This document shows, in pieces, positions 31,857 to 41,458 of a stretch of DNA of 64,000 nucleotides (positions within the stretch are counted from its first letter, which is position 1; every line of letters starts with the position of its first letter). Origin of the DNA: a virus; IMG/VR virus record IMGVR_UViG_3300042389_000724, positions 1 through 64,000 of that record; one strand, written 5' to 3'. The notes beneath the pieces are model-generated. The model was not told the DNA's origin. It searched no databases and saw only the letters and a program-made list of their open reading frames with translations. Position numbers and translations under genes: made by a program.

Positions 31857-33160
31857 TATACATTTAGACCAAGTGTCAGGCTTGGTTTGTTGTCTGCTAT
31901 TGATACTTCTGTGTCCATGCCTATTCTATTTTCCGAAACTGTTGCTTCGTTGAAGAAAATTCTGATTCTGTTCTTGTGTCTAGTCTCATCAGACACCATT
32001 GCAACAGTGAAATCTTTTGAATTGTTTGTTTGTGATTGAGTGTAGTATCTGATTTTTAGTTTCTGATCTGGTACAAGGCTCATGCTTTCCGTTTTGGTTT
32101 CTTCAGATGGATTTTCTATCTCTAAAAGATACGATCCTTGCGGAATAGTTGATTCTGTTGCTATCTCTACTGTTGTATTGTGTGTCGATATTCCATTCGG
32201 CAAGGTAAATCCACTCAACAGCATGGAATCAGCAGACGGTTTGTCAACAACTGTGCATATTTTTGATCCCAACGAAACAGAATTGTTGGTATCTGGATCA
32301 AAAATCTCTAGTGTGGAACCAACAGACATAGAAAATTGACATGAGTAGAACTGTTTTAGTCTGTTTTCGTCAGTTTCTTGTTGTGTTAGTAAAACATACT
32401 GACCATTTTCTGTCAGTTGTACATACACACCCTCGGTCTTGATGCTGTTTGTGTCTTCTGATCGAAGAAACTTGCAGTTCTTTAGTACTTCGTCTCCTAA
32501 AAACCCTTCATTTTCTTCCCAAGAGTGGAATGTGGCATACCCGTGTTCGGTTTCTCTGCTCTTGATGATCAGTGCTAGTTGATTATTCCCTGATGTTTGC
32601 CATAAATGACACTGATGTGTGATGTCAAATTCTATTTGACCATCAACAACAGAAGAAAACGACGAACTAGCATCCAATTCGTTTTCGAATACCCCACCTT
32701 GAATCTCCCAGATATCATCTGATGCTTCTGATGGTTTATTCCAAGACACTGATGGGTCTATTCCCGATCCCAATCTCACAAGTTTTGCTTCAAACTCGGT
32801 TGTCGATGGTGTATCTGTGGACAGAATCAGGGATGCCCTGTCAATTCCATATGAAGCGGTTCCAATTTCTTTTTGAATCGCTTCTAGTGGATAGAAAAAC
32901 AGAACAGAGCGATATGTGACATCACCACTGATTCCTGCTTTAAGATATTGTCTGTGTCTAATCAGAAGTTCGCCGTCTTCTCCCTCTGGTAAGAGGGTGA
33001 ACTTCTTTGATATTGAGTCGAATACTGTTCTTGTTGATAGTGGAGAATTGGTTATGAATGTATCATTCTCGTCTATCCCACCAAAAATCTTCACCTCTAC
33101 AGGTGTGTACTCGGATCTATGTGAGCCGCTTATGTTGTTTCGATATCGTTGAGACAGCAT
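31853..33160 (-). CDS. DNRLRE/CBM96-like domain protein (virion accessory)
   Basis: DTFI...RSVLFF...ASLIL...SWN...W...GG...FDIT...W...N..L.IK...FHS.E, with a final KPSL after a long insertion. Confidence 0.6.
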   Translation of the reverse strand: MLSQRYRNNISGSHRSEYTPVEVKIFGGIDENDTFITNSPLSTRTVFDSISKKFTLLPEGEDGELLIRHRQYLKAGISGDVTYRSVLFFYPLEAIQKEIGTASYGIDRASLILSTDTPSTTEFEAKLVRLGSGIDPSVSWNKPSEASDDIWEIQGGVFENELDASSSFSSVVDGQIEFDITHQCHLWQTSGNNQLALIIKSRETEHGYATFHSWEENEGFLGDEVLKNCKFLRSEDTNSIKTEGVYVQLTENGQYVLLTQQETDENRLKQFYSCQFSMSVGSTLEIFDPDTNNSVSLGSKICTVVDKPSADSMLLSGFTLPNGISTHNTTVEIATESTIPQGSYLLEIENPSEETKTESMSLVPDQKLKIRYYTQSQTNNSKDFTVAMVSDETRHKNRIRIFFNEATVSENRIGMDTEVSIADNKPSLTLGLNVY

Positions 33161-33168
33161 TCTTCATT

Positions 33169-35085
33169 TCAAGAGGCATAGAAGGAGAATGTCAGTCCTG
33201 GACCAGTGTTGTGTGGTGCAGTTGAAGCGGAATACGGAGGATAGAAAACATAAACTTTGTTGATGTTGTCTACCTCTATAAACATTTCTTCTCCGTGATA
33301 TAGCGTGTATGCGGCGGATGTTGCTGTAAGACCGTAAGCATTCGCGTCTTGAGCAGAAATCACACACATGAATTCGTTCGATGAAGCAGATGCACCTGTT
33401 GCTACTCTTGAGGTTTTTATTCTCACACCCGTTGAACAGGTGAATCCAGGAGCAGAGTTGTATTCAGACAGATTCTTTGAAGCGTATCCGACAAATCCAG
33501 TTCTGGACATGAAGGTTGGCTGTTGCTTCACCGAAAGTACGGATACACCAATACTCTTCTGCGTTGAAACATTTACACCTTCTACAACTGCACTGTTAAG
33601 TACGGATTGGCTGACAGGAGTAATGTTGTTGTCTATTGCAGACTTTACGAGTGAATACAGTGATTCGCTGTATTTGAAATCCGTAGATCCAACAGACACA
33701 TTTTGAGAATACAGTGCTGCCTTTAGAGCAGCCATGAAATCGGTGCCGTTTTTAATCTGTGACAGAGATGTTGTCAAACTGGATGACACGCTCGACAGTG
33801 TTGTGTCCAGATTTGGCAGTTCTACTGGAAGAAGTCCTCCGCTGAATCCTTTCACTAGCACAGGACCGTTGGCAGTGTCTCCGACAACCCATACACCCAC
33901 GGTTGATGATGTTGATCCTTTTACTGGAACTGGATTGTATGCTTCTTGAGAAATTCCTATTCCAGTGCTGAATGTGGCATATGCATTGAAAGATATTCCC
34001 GTGTTGACGAGATATACATTTACAGCAGATCCGCTCCATCCAGCACCAGTGAATCCTCCGACTCTCTCCATGTTTCCATTCGGTAGAATGGTGTTCATGT
34101 AAGTTGGTACTGTAGACTTCGATTGGGTATCTGTGGCACCTTGTCCGACTACGGTGATCGTGTCTCTTGTGTAGTCTACGCTGCGAATATCAAGACTTGC
34201 GCCACTTACTGTTATGCCAATCGAAGACTTGATATTCACATTCAGAGCGTTGTTTTCTGAATATATGGGAGCCGCTGTTGATCCCGTGAATCCAAATAGA
34301 CCCACCGACACGGTAGAAGCGGTTCCTCCACCATAAACAGTGACAGTATCCGATGCGGCAGTAAGACCTCGGATTACTATTGTTCCGAATGTAACTCCGA
34401 TAGCAGTGGCACCAGCGACACCGAATACTCCCAAGTCAGAGAAAGAAGATACTGTTACTGGCAGTGCTTGTGAAACAGTGATTCCGACAGGATACCCGCT
34501 GCAAATTCCCTGAATGCTAACATAGTCAATTGCTGATGTGTCACTGGTGACACCGATTCCACCACCTTGTAGTTTTCTGATGTTTAGGTTTGTGGAGTTT
34601 ACCGTCAACTCACCTACGGTTATTCCGATTGGAGTTGCGCCAGACGCGCCTGTTACAGGCATATAGTCCATAGACGCGCCTAGACCGACCAATGTGGTTG
34701 CTATGCTGTAGTAACCGCTGTTAGAGATGTAGTCGTATCTCTGTAGAGGACCGTCAATGGTTACATTAAGGGTCGTTCCTGTTGCAAAACTGAGAGAAAC
34801 GCCAGTAGCCCCCGCAATACTTACAAGTAGGGGTGATGTATTTGCGAATGAATTTACCTGAACTGGAATCGTTCCAACAGATGCTGTTGAGATATCAACA
34901 GCCAACGGACTAACATTGGTTACATTTACAGGAAGACCGTTGCCGCTAGTGACATCAATAGCAGAACCAGACGCTCCATATACAATTTGCACTCTCTGAT
35001 GGTGTGCATCATTGACAAAACTGCTGGCTATGGTATAAGTAGTACCACTGGTTACAATGTCGTAGTTGTCGCTGGTTGCTCCCAT
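33169..35085 (-). CDS. Gly/Ser/Thr-rich virion structural protein (fibre-like)
   Basis: 638 aa, GGAG RBS, N-terminal HxQxVxIxYG...GLPV, C-terminal GEEMFIEVDNINKVYV...FYAS. Confidence 0.75.
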   Translation of the reverse strand: MGATSDNYDIVTSGTTYTIASSFVNDAHHQRVQIVYGASGSAIDVTSGNGLPVNVTNVSPLAVDISTASVGTIPVQVNSFANTSPLLVSIAGATGVSLSFATGTTLNVTIDGPLQRYDYISNSGYYSIATTLVGLGASMDYMPVTGASGATPIGITVGELTVNSTNLNIRKLQGGGIGVTSDTSAIDYVSIQGICSGYPVGITVSQALPVTVSSFSDLGVFGVAGATAIGVTFGTIVIRGLTAASDTVTVYGGGTASTVSVGLFGFTGSTAAPIYSENNALNVNIKSSIGITVSGASLDIRSVDYTRDTITVVGQGATDTQSKSTVPTYMNTILPNGNMERVGGFTGAGWSGSAVNVYLVNTGISFNAYATFSTGIGISQEAYNPVPVKGSTSSTVGVWVVGDTANGPVLVKGFSGGLLPVELPNLDTTLSSVSSSLTTSLSQIKNGTDFMAALKAALYSQNVSVGSTDFKYSESLYSLVKSAIDNNITPVSQSVLNSAVVEGVNVSTQKSIGVSVLSVKQQPTFMSRTGFVGYASKNLSEYNSAPGFTCSTGVRIKTSRVATGASASSNEFMCVISAQDANAYGLTATSAAYTLYHGEEMFIEVDNINKVYVFYPPYSASTAPHNTGPGLTFSFYAS

Positions 35086-35181
35086 TGGGTTCTCCGCTGT
35101 GCAGGCTGTGCAGGGGGTTTCCGACTCAATCCAACTAAATAGGATTACTTACCTATGTATATTTCCGAAAGCAAGGCTAAC

Positions 35182-35397
35182 ATGGACATCAACAACATCC
35201 GTTTTCCCCGTGAAGTAGAAACCCATGTCAAGAAGTATGAAGTTTCGTATATTGATGCGGTCATAGCCGTGTGTGAGCGGTTTGGTATTGAGCCACAGGT
35301 TGCTGCCAAATTCTTGAGCAAGCCCATCATTGAAAAAATCAAGGCTGAGGGGCAGGAATTGAACCTGCTTCCCAAAAAGTCAAAACTGCCTGTTTGA
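35182..35397 (+). CDS. 33: Late-promoter transcription coactivator (T4 gp33-like)
   Basis: SYIDAVIAVCERFGIE...LSKPIIEKIKAEGQELNLL; directly upstream of gp32. Confidence 0.88.
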   Translation: MDINNIRFPREVETHVKKYEVSYIDAVIAVCERFGIEPQVAAKFLSKPIIEKIKAEGQELNLLPKKSKLPV

Positions 35398-35400
35398 CCA

Positions 35401-35428
35401 TTGACTACACACAGGCTTGTGGTATCTT
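35401..35428 (+). promoter_or_regulatory. sigma70-like promoter of gene 32
   Basis: TTGACT-N16-TATCTT. Confidence 0.6.
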
Positions 35429-35501
35429 ACCTACATACCTGTGACTGAATTGTTCGTCACACATTCAACACACAGCGTACACCTCGTACAAGGAGACAAC
35501 T

Positions 35502-36440
35502 ATGGGTTTTAAGGACATGAAGAGTGCATCAAAGAACGCCTATCAGACTCTTGCATCCGAAATGGACAAGATGGCAAAGAAGTCGGAGTCTTACAAGGAC
35601 GACCGCCTTTGGAGGGCTGAAACTGACAAGACTGGCAACGGCTATGCGGAGATTCGGTTTCTCCCTGCTCCCGATGGTGAGGATCTGCCGTGGGCGCGGG
35701 TCTGGCATCACGGTTTCCGTGGTCCAGGTGGTTGGTACATTGAGAACTCACTCACCACGATTGGTCTGAAGGATCCAGTCAGCGAGATGAATTCCATGTT
35801 GTGGAACAGCGGTTCCGACAAGGACAAGGCTATTGCTCGTGATCGCAAGCGCAAGTTGTCCTATGTCAGCAACATTCTTGTGATCAGCGACCCTAAGCAC
35901 CCCGAGAACGAGGGCAAGGTGTTCCTGTTCAAGTACGGCAAGAAGATCTTTGAGAAGATTCAGGAAGCAATGAATCCGCAGTTCCAAGACGAGAAGCCTC
36001 TGAATCCGTTTGATTTTTGGTCGGGTGCAAACTTCAAGTTGAAGATTCGTCAGGTGGATGGGTACACGAACTACGACAAGAGCGAGTTCGCTGCCCCCTC
36101 TGCTCTGCTTGGTGGCGATGACGCTGCGCTTGAGAAGTTGTGGAAGACGGAACACTCTCTGAAGGAGTTCACCGATCCGAAGTCCTTCAAGTCTTATGAT
36201 GAACTCAAGGCTCGTCTTGAGATGGTTCTTGGTGGCAACATTCGCGCAACGGCTGATTCGGCTGAAGCAAAGGGTGGTGCTGAAAAGGCTTCGTTTGATG
36301 ACGAAGACGAGACTCCTGCTCCAGTTGCGAAGAAGGCTGCTCCGCAGCCCCCGAAGAAGAGTGTGAAGGAAGCCGTCAGCAATGACGACGATACTGAAGA
36401 TGCACTCTCTTACTTTGAGAAGTTGGCTAGTGACGACTAA
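35502..36440 (+). CDS. 32: Single-stranded DNA-binding protein (T4 gp32)
   Basis: DKTGNGYAEIRFLP, GGWYIENSLTT, RKRKLSY, GKVFLFKYGKKIF, GANFKLK, NYDKSEF, acidic tail. Confidence 0.97.
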   Translation: MGFKDMKSASKNAYQTLASEMDKMAKKSESYKDDRLWRAETDKTGNGYAEIRFLPAPDGEDLPWARVWHHGFRGPGGWYIENSLTTIGLKDPVSEMNSMLWNSGSDKDKAIARDRKRKLSYVSNILVISDPKHPENEGKVFLFKYGKKIFEKIQEAMNPQFQDEKPLNPFDFWSGANFKLKIRQVDGYTNYDKSEFAAPSALLGGDDAALEKLWKTEHSLKEFTDPKSFKSYDELKARLEMVLGGNIRATADSAEAKGGAEKASFDDEDETPAPVAKKAAPQPPKKSVKEAVSNDDDTEDALSYFEKLASDD

Positions 36441-36467
36441 ATACTAGCAGCCTTCGGTTTCGCAGCA

Positions 36468-36498
36468 AGGGGCGCACTTCGGTGCGCCTCTTTCTTTT
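36468..36498 (+). terminator. Rho-independent terminator
   Basis: GGGGCGCAC-TTCG-GTGCGCCTC followed by a T-tract. Confidence 0.85.
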
Positions 36499-38705
36499 TA
36501 GAAAGAGTGTGATGCTCTTTGCATCGTTAGTATTGTTGGTTCACTGTTTCGTAGTCTCAAATCGTCATTGAAGTTGTTGGTGGTGTTGTTGATCTTGGTT
36601 TGCACAACGGAGTTGACAGATGGAGCAGCAGGCTTCGCTGTCCCCACTGCTGCTGCTTTTTCTGCATCAAGAGCATTCATCTCATTATTGTACTGCTGAA
36701 CCATCTTGCCTAGCGAAGTGTTTGGCGAGGCGGGAGCAGATATTTTCCCTTCAACCACAGAGGATTGATTTTGTCCCTGCTCTCCTTGTGATGTTGATAC
36801 TGTTGAAGCACTTGCAATTCCTGCTGCTGCTCCTTCTGCCGCTTTTTCATTCTTCTGTTGCTCGGCTCCCCCAACATCAATGAGCGATCCGATTCCTGGA
36901 ATAGATGAAACCATGTCATAGATTTTTCTTCCACCGACCGCTTCACCCAAATACTCTGCAATATTAGATCCTACCCATTCTCCACCCAGTGTTCCTACAA
37001 GCGTTCCTATTCCTGGAATTGGAATCATTGAGCCTAGGATACCGCCACCAACAGATCCGAGAACACTTCCCAAAACTTTAACCAGTCCTACGCCTAGTTT
37101 TTCTTTCTTTTCGTCTGGTGACATTTCGGCATCATTTTTAATGCTTGCCAAATCTATTGCGCCCATGCCAGCAGTTATCAATGCCCCTAGACCTGGTATG
37201 GATACGATAGCCTTCAGAATTTTTCCTGAACTAGACTTTACTGCACTGCCTATAGCCTTTGCTGGACTCAGATTGCTTACTGCTCCAGAAACAGAACCCC
37301 ATGCACGCGACAGCCATCCCCCCGCTTTGCCAGCGGTTGATGCTATTGAAGTTCCCATTCCTTTTGTTGCGGAAGCCACAGATGAACCAACAGTTTTTGC
37401 AGCACCAACAACTTTTCCTCCAGCCTTTCCTATCATGCCACCGATAGACTTGGCATCTCGTACAAGAGGTGTATCTTTGATCAATCCGAATGCCTTGCTT
37501 CCGAGACTTCCTATTGCTCCAAGAGCCTTGCCGCCTAGTTTTTTAGCACCAGATAGAATACCGCGACCCGTTCCCGCTAATCCTGTTTCAGTTAGCATGG
37601 ACATTAGGTTTCCTAGAATACCGCTTTCGCCGTCTTGTTTTCCGAATCCTAGTAGTTTTGCCAAACCAGAAAGAAGACCACCGCTTTTTTGTGGTTTTTC
37701 TGATGCTGGTGTTGGTTTTATTCCAAGAGACTCTAGTTCTGCTTCTCTATCAGACAGTTCTTTTGTCTGTGGTTTGAATTGCTCTACTAGAAGTTTTCTT
37801 ATCTCTGATATTTCTTTGTAGATTGAACCTAGAGTTGTGTCTTCTCTTCCAGAAATTAGACCTGGTATATCTGATGCCCGAGTGCCACCCGACATCTGAC
37901 GGGGAATTCGACCACCAGCATAGATGTCGATGTCTGCGTTTCTCTTTCCTCTTCGTGCAATTGATCTCTGAAGACCCCCAGAATATCTTTCTAGTTCTTC
38001 CTGTGTTTCTCTTCTTTGCTTTAGGAACTCACCTAGAATTCCTCCAACAACTGGTATCTTTGAAGCCAGTCTTTCGGGAAGAGTCTTTCGGAAAGATTGT
38101 GCTTTTTCCTTGATGAACTCTTGGAAAGATGTTCTTTTCTTCAATTGCTCTTCTACGGGCGCAACAATCTCATCTAGTTTCGCTGCGATGTCAGATTGTT
38201 CACCCTGAGTCTTCTTTGCCAACTCTCGGATGAATTTGATTTTAGCGTAGATTCGTTTTGCTTCATCGTATGATGCGCCGATAGATTGCTCGGATAACTG
38301 CGTGGCTTCATCCATCAATTCTCTTGCAGCCGCAGCAGCAGGATCTTGTCCCAAGAATCGACTTCTGTTTTGGGATATGTAATCTTCTACGGTGGAGCGA
38401 ACACCTTTCTGCCCTTCCATCCCGACAACATATTTGTCTAGTTCAGATGTTTCAAACCCCATCTCTTTTCTTCGTATCCCTATGGATTCCAGCAGACCAA
38501 TTTCTTTTGGCTGATCTGTAGTCTGTTGGGTGTTCTCTGCTGATACTACTGTGGGTGCTGCTGTGGCTGAAGCAGGACTCATTACGGATTCAAGAGTAGC
38601 AGTGGACGCTGATTTTTCGATGGGCATAAACCGACCCATAGCGTCTCTCTTTCGAGTCGCTGCTAGTTTCTGCCGTGTTGAAAGTTTAGACCGTCTTCTA
38701 GCCAT
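36498..38705 (-). CDS. Tape measure / baseplate hub protein (gp29-like)
   Basis: 735 aa, helical N-terminal half, Gly/Ala-rich amphipathic region with IPGLG/IPIPGIG motifs, C-terminal NNTTNN...R; follows gp26/gp51. Confidence 0.75.
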   Translation of the reverse strand: MARRRSKLSTRQKLAATRKRDAMGRFMPIEKSASTATLESVMSPASATAAPTVVSAENTQQTTDQPKEIGLLESIGIRRKEMGFETSELDKYVVGMEGQKGVRSTVEDYISQNRSRFLGQDPAAAAARELMDEATQLSEQSIGASYDEAKRIYAKIKFIRELAKKTQGEQSDIAAKLDEIVAPVEEQLKKRTSFQEFIKEKAQSFRKTLPERLASKIPVVGGILGEFLKQRRETQEELERYSGGLQRSIARRGKRNADIDIYAGGRIPRQMSGGTRASDIPGLISGREDTTLGSIYKEISEIRKLLVEQFKPQTKELSDREAELESLGIKPTPASEKPQKSGGLLSGLAKLLGFGKQDGESGILGNLMSMLTETGLAGTGRGILSGAKKLGGKALGAIGSLGSKAFGLIKDTPLVRDAKSIGGMIGKAGGKVVGAAKTVGSSVASATKGMGTSIASTAGKAGGWLSRAWGSVSGAVSNLSPAKAIGSAVKSSSGKILKAIVSIPGLGALITAGMGAIDLASIKNDAEMSPDEKKEKLGVGLVKVLGSVLGSVGGGILGSMIPIPGIGTLVGTLGGEWVGSNIAEYLGEAVGGRKIYDMVSSIPGIGSLIDVGGAEQQKNEKAAEGAAAGIASASTVSTSQGEQGQNQSSVVEGKISAPASPNTSLGKMVQQYNNEMNALDAEKAAAVGTAKPAAPSVNSVVQTKINNTTNNFNDDLRLRNSEPTILTMQRASHSF

Positions 38706-38734
38706 GTTACTCCTTTGGGATCATGGTGAATTGG

Positions 38735-38929
38735 TCACAATTGCTTTTGATTGCTAACCTTGTCTTTTTCTTTTTTCAGGTGAGCAATTAGCATTTGTAT
38801 GTATACCTCTCTCTCCCAAGGTATCATGCTTTCTAATTCTGCAAGAGAATAGCCGTGGTGCTGTAGAAGGCTGAAATTCAACTGGAAGAATGCCCCCAAG
38901 TCAGTATGACAGAGGGCTATTGAAAAAAA
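38735..38929 (-). CDS. 51: Baseplate hub assembly protein gp51-like, probably made by -1 frameshift from gp26
   Basis: Not in the ORF track. FFQLNFSLLQHHGYSLAELESMIPWEREVYIQML is the gp51 signature; the frame opens exactly at T TTT TTT (38929-38923). Confidence 0.85.
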   Translation of the reverse strand, partial: FFSIALCHTDLGAFFQLNFSLLQHHGYSLAELESMIPWEREVYIQMLIAHLKKEKDKVSNQKQL

Positions 38930-39627
38930 TCAGATACGCTCTTGAGTTCTACCTTTACCGCACTTCCACAAGATGGGCAATTGTAGTTGAATGAATACTT
39001 CAACTCGGGTGATGTCTGAATGAAGTCTATGAGTTTTGCAAACTGATCTGGCATCATGTTATCCACGAAGTCAGATATTTCTTTTGGAGATATGTCTGAT
39101 GCTTGATGGAGTTGATCGTTCAGCACTACCGCTTCTATGCACTTCTTTGAAAGTTCAAAAGCCATCTCTACTTCGTCTTTTGTGTAGTCAAAGTCATGGA
39201 TGGATGGATACCGCATGATGAGAGATAGATTGTCGTTTATGATAACCGATGTGTCTTCCGCCTGTTCTTGTTTTTTGCCGATGGTTATTTCATCTAGTTT
39301 GATCTTGATGTTCGTTGATTTTTGGCAATTAGTGCAGGTCACTTGGGGTTTGACTTCCTCACCCACAGACTTGGATCGTATCTGTAGGAATGCATACTCT
39401 GTGTCAGCAGCACACAACTTTCGTGTATCCAACACACCGTTTGTGCATACAGAAATGACATTTCGCATAGCGTCATTGATCTGATTTGGATTTTTTGATT
39501 GGAGGGCGATAAGAAGTATCTTTTCTTCCTTTACGACGAACGGACGAAACTTTACTGTTTGGTTTGAAACAGGAAGCGTCATTGTATATTGAGGAAGAGA
39601 AGCATTTTGTAAATTCAGTGTAGCCAT
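38917..39627 (-). CDS. 26: Baseplate hub subunit gp26-like
   Basis: PxYxxxLP...VKFRPFVVKEEKILL, IRSKSVGE, two CxxC pairs, ends DFFQ. Confidence 0.93.
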   Translation of the reverse strand: MATLNLQNASLPQYTMTLPVSNQTVKFRPFVVKEEKILLIALQSKNPNQINDAMRNVISVCTNGVLDTRKLCAADTEYAFLQIRSKSVGEEVKPQVTCTNCQKSTNIKIKLDEITIGKKQEQAEDTSVIINDNLSLIMRYPSIHDFDYTKDEVEMAFELSKKCIEAVVLNDQLHQASDISPKEISDFVDNMMPDQFAKLIDFIQTSPELKYSFNYNCPSCGSAVKVELKSVSDFFQ

Positions 39628-39655
39628 AGTGATCCTTTCAATGAAGATGAACTAT

Positions 39656-40402
39656 TTATCGTCTTATTCTTGTGGGTGCGCCGCCATTCATCAAGGAAAA
39701 CGCTGTTTGTGGGTCGTATAGACCGTTCACGGTTCCGTCTGCACCTACTCGGTAGATTTTCCCGTCTGGTCCGTTTACGAACTTTTGAACCTGTGCTTGT
39801 GGAGCAGATTGTGCTGCGGATGGATTTGCGGCGGCAATAGACGAGTTGATGCCTGGTCCGATGTATTGTGGTGTGTATTTTCTGAACGATAGAGTAATGT
39901 CTTGGCGCATCACTTCGTTGTCTTTTTCATATCCTAATTGGATATCACCTAGTGCTTTGGGGTAGACTTCTTCCACTATGAATTTGTGTGTTGCAAAATC
40001 ATTCTTTGTGATAACGCTTATTTCCATGTTGCTGATGTAGTCTTCGTAGTACGCAAATTTGTAGTTTGATGTGCTAGAGACAAGACTCATCCATGTTTCA
40101 AAAAATGCTCGTTCTCGGAGATCAGCGGACAGAACCATCGACAAGTTTAGTTCTCCGCTATAGATTTGCTCGTATGGCATATTTCTAGCAGGACCATACA
40201 ACCTGTACGGTGTTGTAGAGAACGATCTGCCTGGTATGGTTGCAGAATCGCAGCGGATCATGATTTGTCGTAGATCTTGAGGATCTTTGGTGGGAAATGT
40301 TTTGGGGTAGTTCACAAGCACTTCGTACCTGTTGCTGTACGCTATGCCAGTCTGCGATATAGAGTTGATCAATTCGTTGATGTTTGACGGAAGAAAGGTC
40401 AT
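39656..40402 (-). CDS. Tail tube family protein (gp54 tube initiator / gp19-like)
   Basis: NRYEV, CDSATIPG, PY, FFETW, YPKALGDIQLGY. Confidence 0.85.
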   Translation of the reverse strand: MTFLPSNINELINSISQTGIAYSNRYEVLVNYPKTFPTKDPQDLRQIMIRCDSATIPGRSFSTTPYRLYGPARNMPYEQIYSGELNLSMVLSADLRERAFFETWMSLVSSTSNYKFAYYEDYISNMEISVITKNDFATHKFIVEEVYPKALGDIQLGYEKDNEVMRQDITLSFRKYTPQYIGPGINSSIAAANPSAAQSAPQAQVQKFVNGPDGKIYRVGADGTVNGLYDPQTAFSLMNGGAPTRIRR

Positions 40403-40404
40403 GG

Positions 40405-40989
40405 TTATCCTCGGAATGATTTGTGTAGTGTATCTCTGTACACTGTTGTGGCTCTTGCTTTAACGAATCTTGATGTCTCCGACTTTACCATGTCTTCCCA
40501 TATCTGAAACGGAATCACAACAGGTCGCCGTTTCATTCCACCCCAAGTGTATCTTCGGTAGCAAGGTTTGAAAAATCTGTATCGTCTGCTGGCATCTAGG
40601 CGATCATAATCAACCATCAATCTAGTTCTCCACTCATCTGACGCTTTTATTGTGGGTAGATTACGCATGATTGAATCGAACAGAAAGGTTCTGTGTTGGG
40701 GCATCAAAAAATGTAGATTGATACCTTCGAATCCTCCCCTATAAACATCGGTGATCAGTACTAGTGGAAAACTGTCATAGTATGTATTTCTCAAAATGAA
40801 AGATTGGCTTTCTGGTTTGTATTTGAAGAAAACCATCTGACCCTGAAATAGGCGGTTTGGTATGGACAGGGTTCCGTTTTTTTGCAGGGATTGAATAAGA
40901 CCGATGTAGGTTTGATCCGTTGCACCCAAAGCCGTTGTGGTTTCGGCTATTACGGACTGTATTTCTTTCTGTAGATCGGGCGTGTTCAT
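40405..40989 (-). CDS. 2: DNA end protector (T4 gp2-like)
   Basis: GQMVFFKY.P...YYDSFPLV...GINLHFL...PCYRRY; ATGA coupling at 40989. Confidence 0.88.
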   Translation of the reverse strand: MNTPDLQKEIQSVIAETTTALGATDQTYIGLIQSLQKNGTLSIPNRLFQGQMVFFKYKPESQSFILRNTYYDSFPLVLITDVYRGGFEGINLHFLMPQHRTFLFDSIMRNLPTIKASDEWRTRLMVDYDRLDASRRYRFFKPCYRRYTWGGMKRRPVVIPFQIWEDMVKSETSRFVKARATTVYRDTLHKSFRG

Positions 40990-41423
40990 GGTTTTTTGAA
41001 CAGGTCTTGTTCGGTAAGTATCTTGAATTCCCACCCCTTTGCTTCGGACACCCTCTTCGCTGCTTCCCACTTTGCACTATTTACGAGCCAGGTCTTTACT
41101 TCGGAGATGTATGTTCTTGTTACTTTGGTTTTCTTCTCTGGTTGTTTGCACTGCTTCATTGGCTTGATTTCTACCAACCAAGTCTTTATACCTTCTGGTG
41201 TTTTGACCTCAACTAAAAAATCTACAAAGTATCTGTGTTGTTTCTTGTCCACGGGGCTTACATATGGAATGACTACCTCTTCCGATGCCCAGCGAATAAC
41301 ATTGGAGTTCTGATCACAGAACTTCATGAATTTTCTTTCCCACATACTTCTGTACATGATCTTGGTGGGATCGCCCATGTATTTGGACGAATTATGAGGT
41401 TTAAAAAAGCCCTTGTATGCCAT
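40986..41423 (-). CDS. 4: Head completion nuclease (T4 gp4, TnsA-like)
   Basis: MAYKG.FKP.N..KY.GD...I.YRS.WE, WASEE..IPY, RYFVDF, EIKP, N.AKWEAA. Confidence 0.95.
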   Translation of the reverse strand: MAYKGFFKPHNSSKYMGDPTKIMYRSMWERKFMKFCDQNSNVIRWASEEVVIPYVSPVDKKQHRYFVDFLVEVKTPEGIKTWLVEIKPMKQCKQPEKKTKVTRTYISEVKTWLVNSAKWEAAKRVSEAKGWEFKILTEQDLFKKP

Positions 41424-41424
41424 A

Positions 41425-41432
41425 CATAAATA
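41425..41432 (+). promoter_or_regulatory. Late promoter CATAAATA at the divergent gp4/gp48 junction
   Basis: Overlaps a TACATA on the opposite strand in a 35-bp intergenic gap. Confidence 0.6.
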
Positions 41433-41458
41433 TGTAGCCGCACCAACATAGGATTTCA

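Noticed and set aside
40986-41423. TnsA-like transposase or mobile element
   Set aside because: Motifs and position next to gp2 and gp48 identify it as T4 gp4 head completion protein.
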